A program made the translations under genes and the position numbers. Under the pieces are notes generated by a model, which was given only the letters and a program-made list of their open reading frames with translations, ran no database searches and was not told where the DNA came from. DNA of 61,792 bases, the filler included, from Pirum gemmata (taxonomy: Eukaryota): assembly GCA_002812295.1 (NCBI GenBank). It is 18 parts of 18 records of this genome, joined end to end, with 100 filler letters (N's around TTAATTAATTAA, not from the genome) between each part and the next. Parts side by side here need not be neighbours in the genome. Positions count along the whole stretch, not along the records: positions 58,868 to 61,792 come from PDIN01004004.1; 17 more parts are not named here. The stretch is one strand, 5' to 3'. Positions 61,749 through 61,792 of this stretch are shown piece by piece; the first letter of the stretch is position 1, and each line of letters opens with the position of its first letter.

Positions 61749-61792
<44 letters not shown>

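Overview
This window is not continuous genome. It is 18 short (mostly ~3 kb) eukaryotic contigs joined by artificial 100-nt spacers (N44-TTAATTAATTAA-N44), so neighbourhood across spacers means nothing. The source is a very AT-rich, microsatellite-laden, intron-containing eukaryote. The SH2 protein, LRR receptor, DUF1996 and TTAGGG-like repeats suggest a unicellular opisthokont such as an ichthyosporean; this is inference only. Supported genes: an SH2 protein whose SH2 is split by a ~205-aa insert and followed by a RING-like start; a sterol 3-beta-glucosyltransferase; an RNI-type LRR protein; an LRR single-pass receptor; a secreted DUF1996+PAN protein; a secreted EEP-phosphoesterase+4xPAN protein sharing a closely similar PAN module; a bacterial-like NHL beta-propeller; a secreted PI-PLC X-domain protein; and a MYND-finger protein. 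Mobile DNA: an ISL2EU/Harbinger-type transposon with a SWIM-only accessory gene, inverted LINE ORF1 relics, and at least eight MITE families (one hAT copy with a perfect 8-bp TSD, one PIF/Harbinger copy with a TTA TSD). The intergenic DNA contains clusters of TA-GAC-TA / TA-GTC-TA motifs that look like excision footprints of an element whose 72-nt minimal hairpin form is also present. All family assignments come from motifs recognised by eye; no searches were run.
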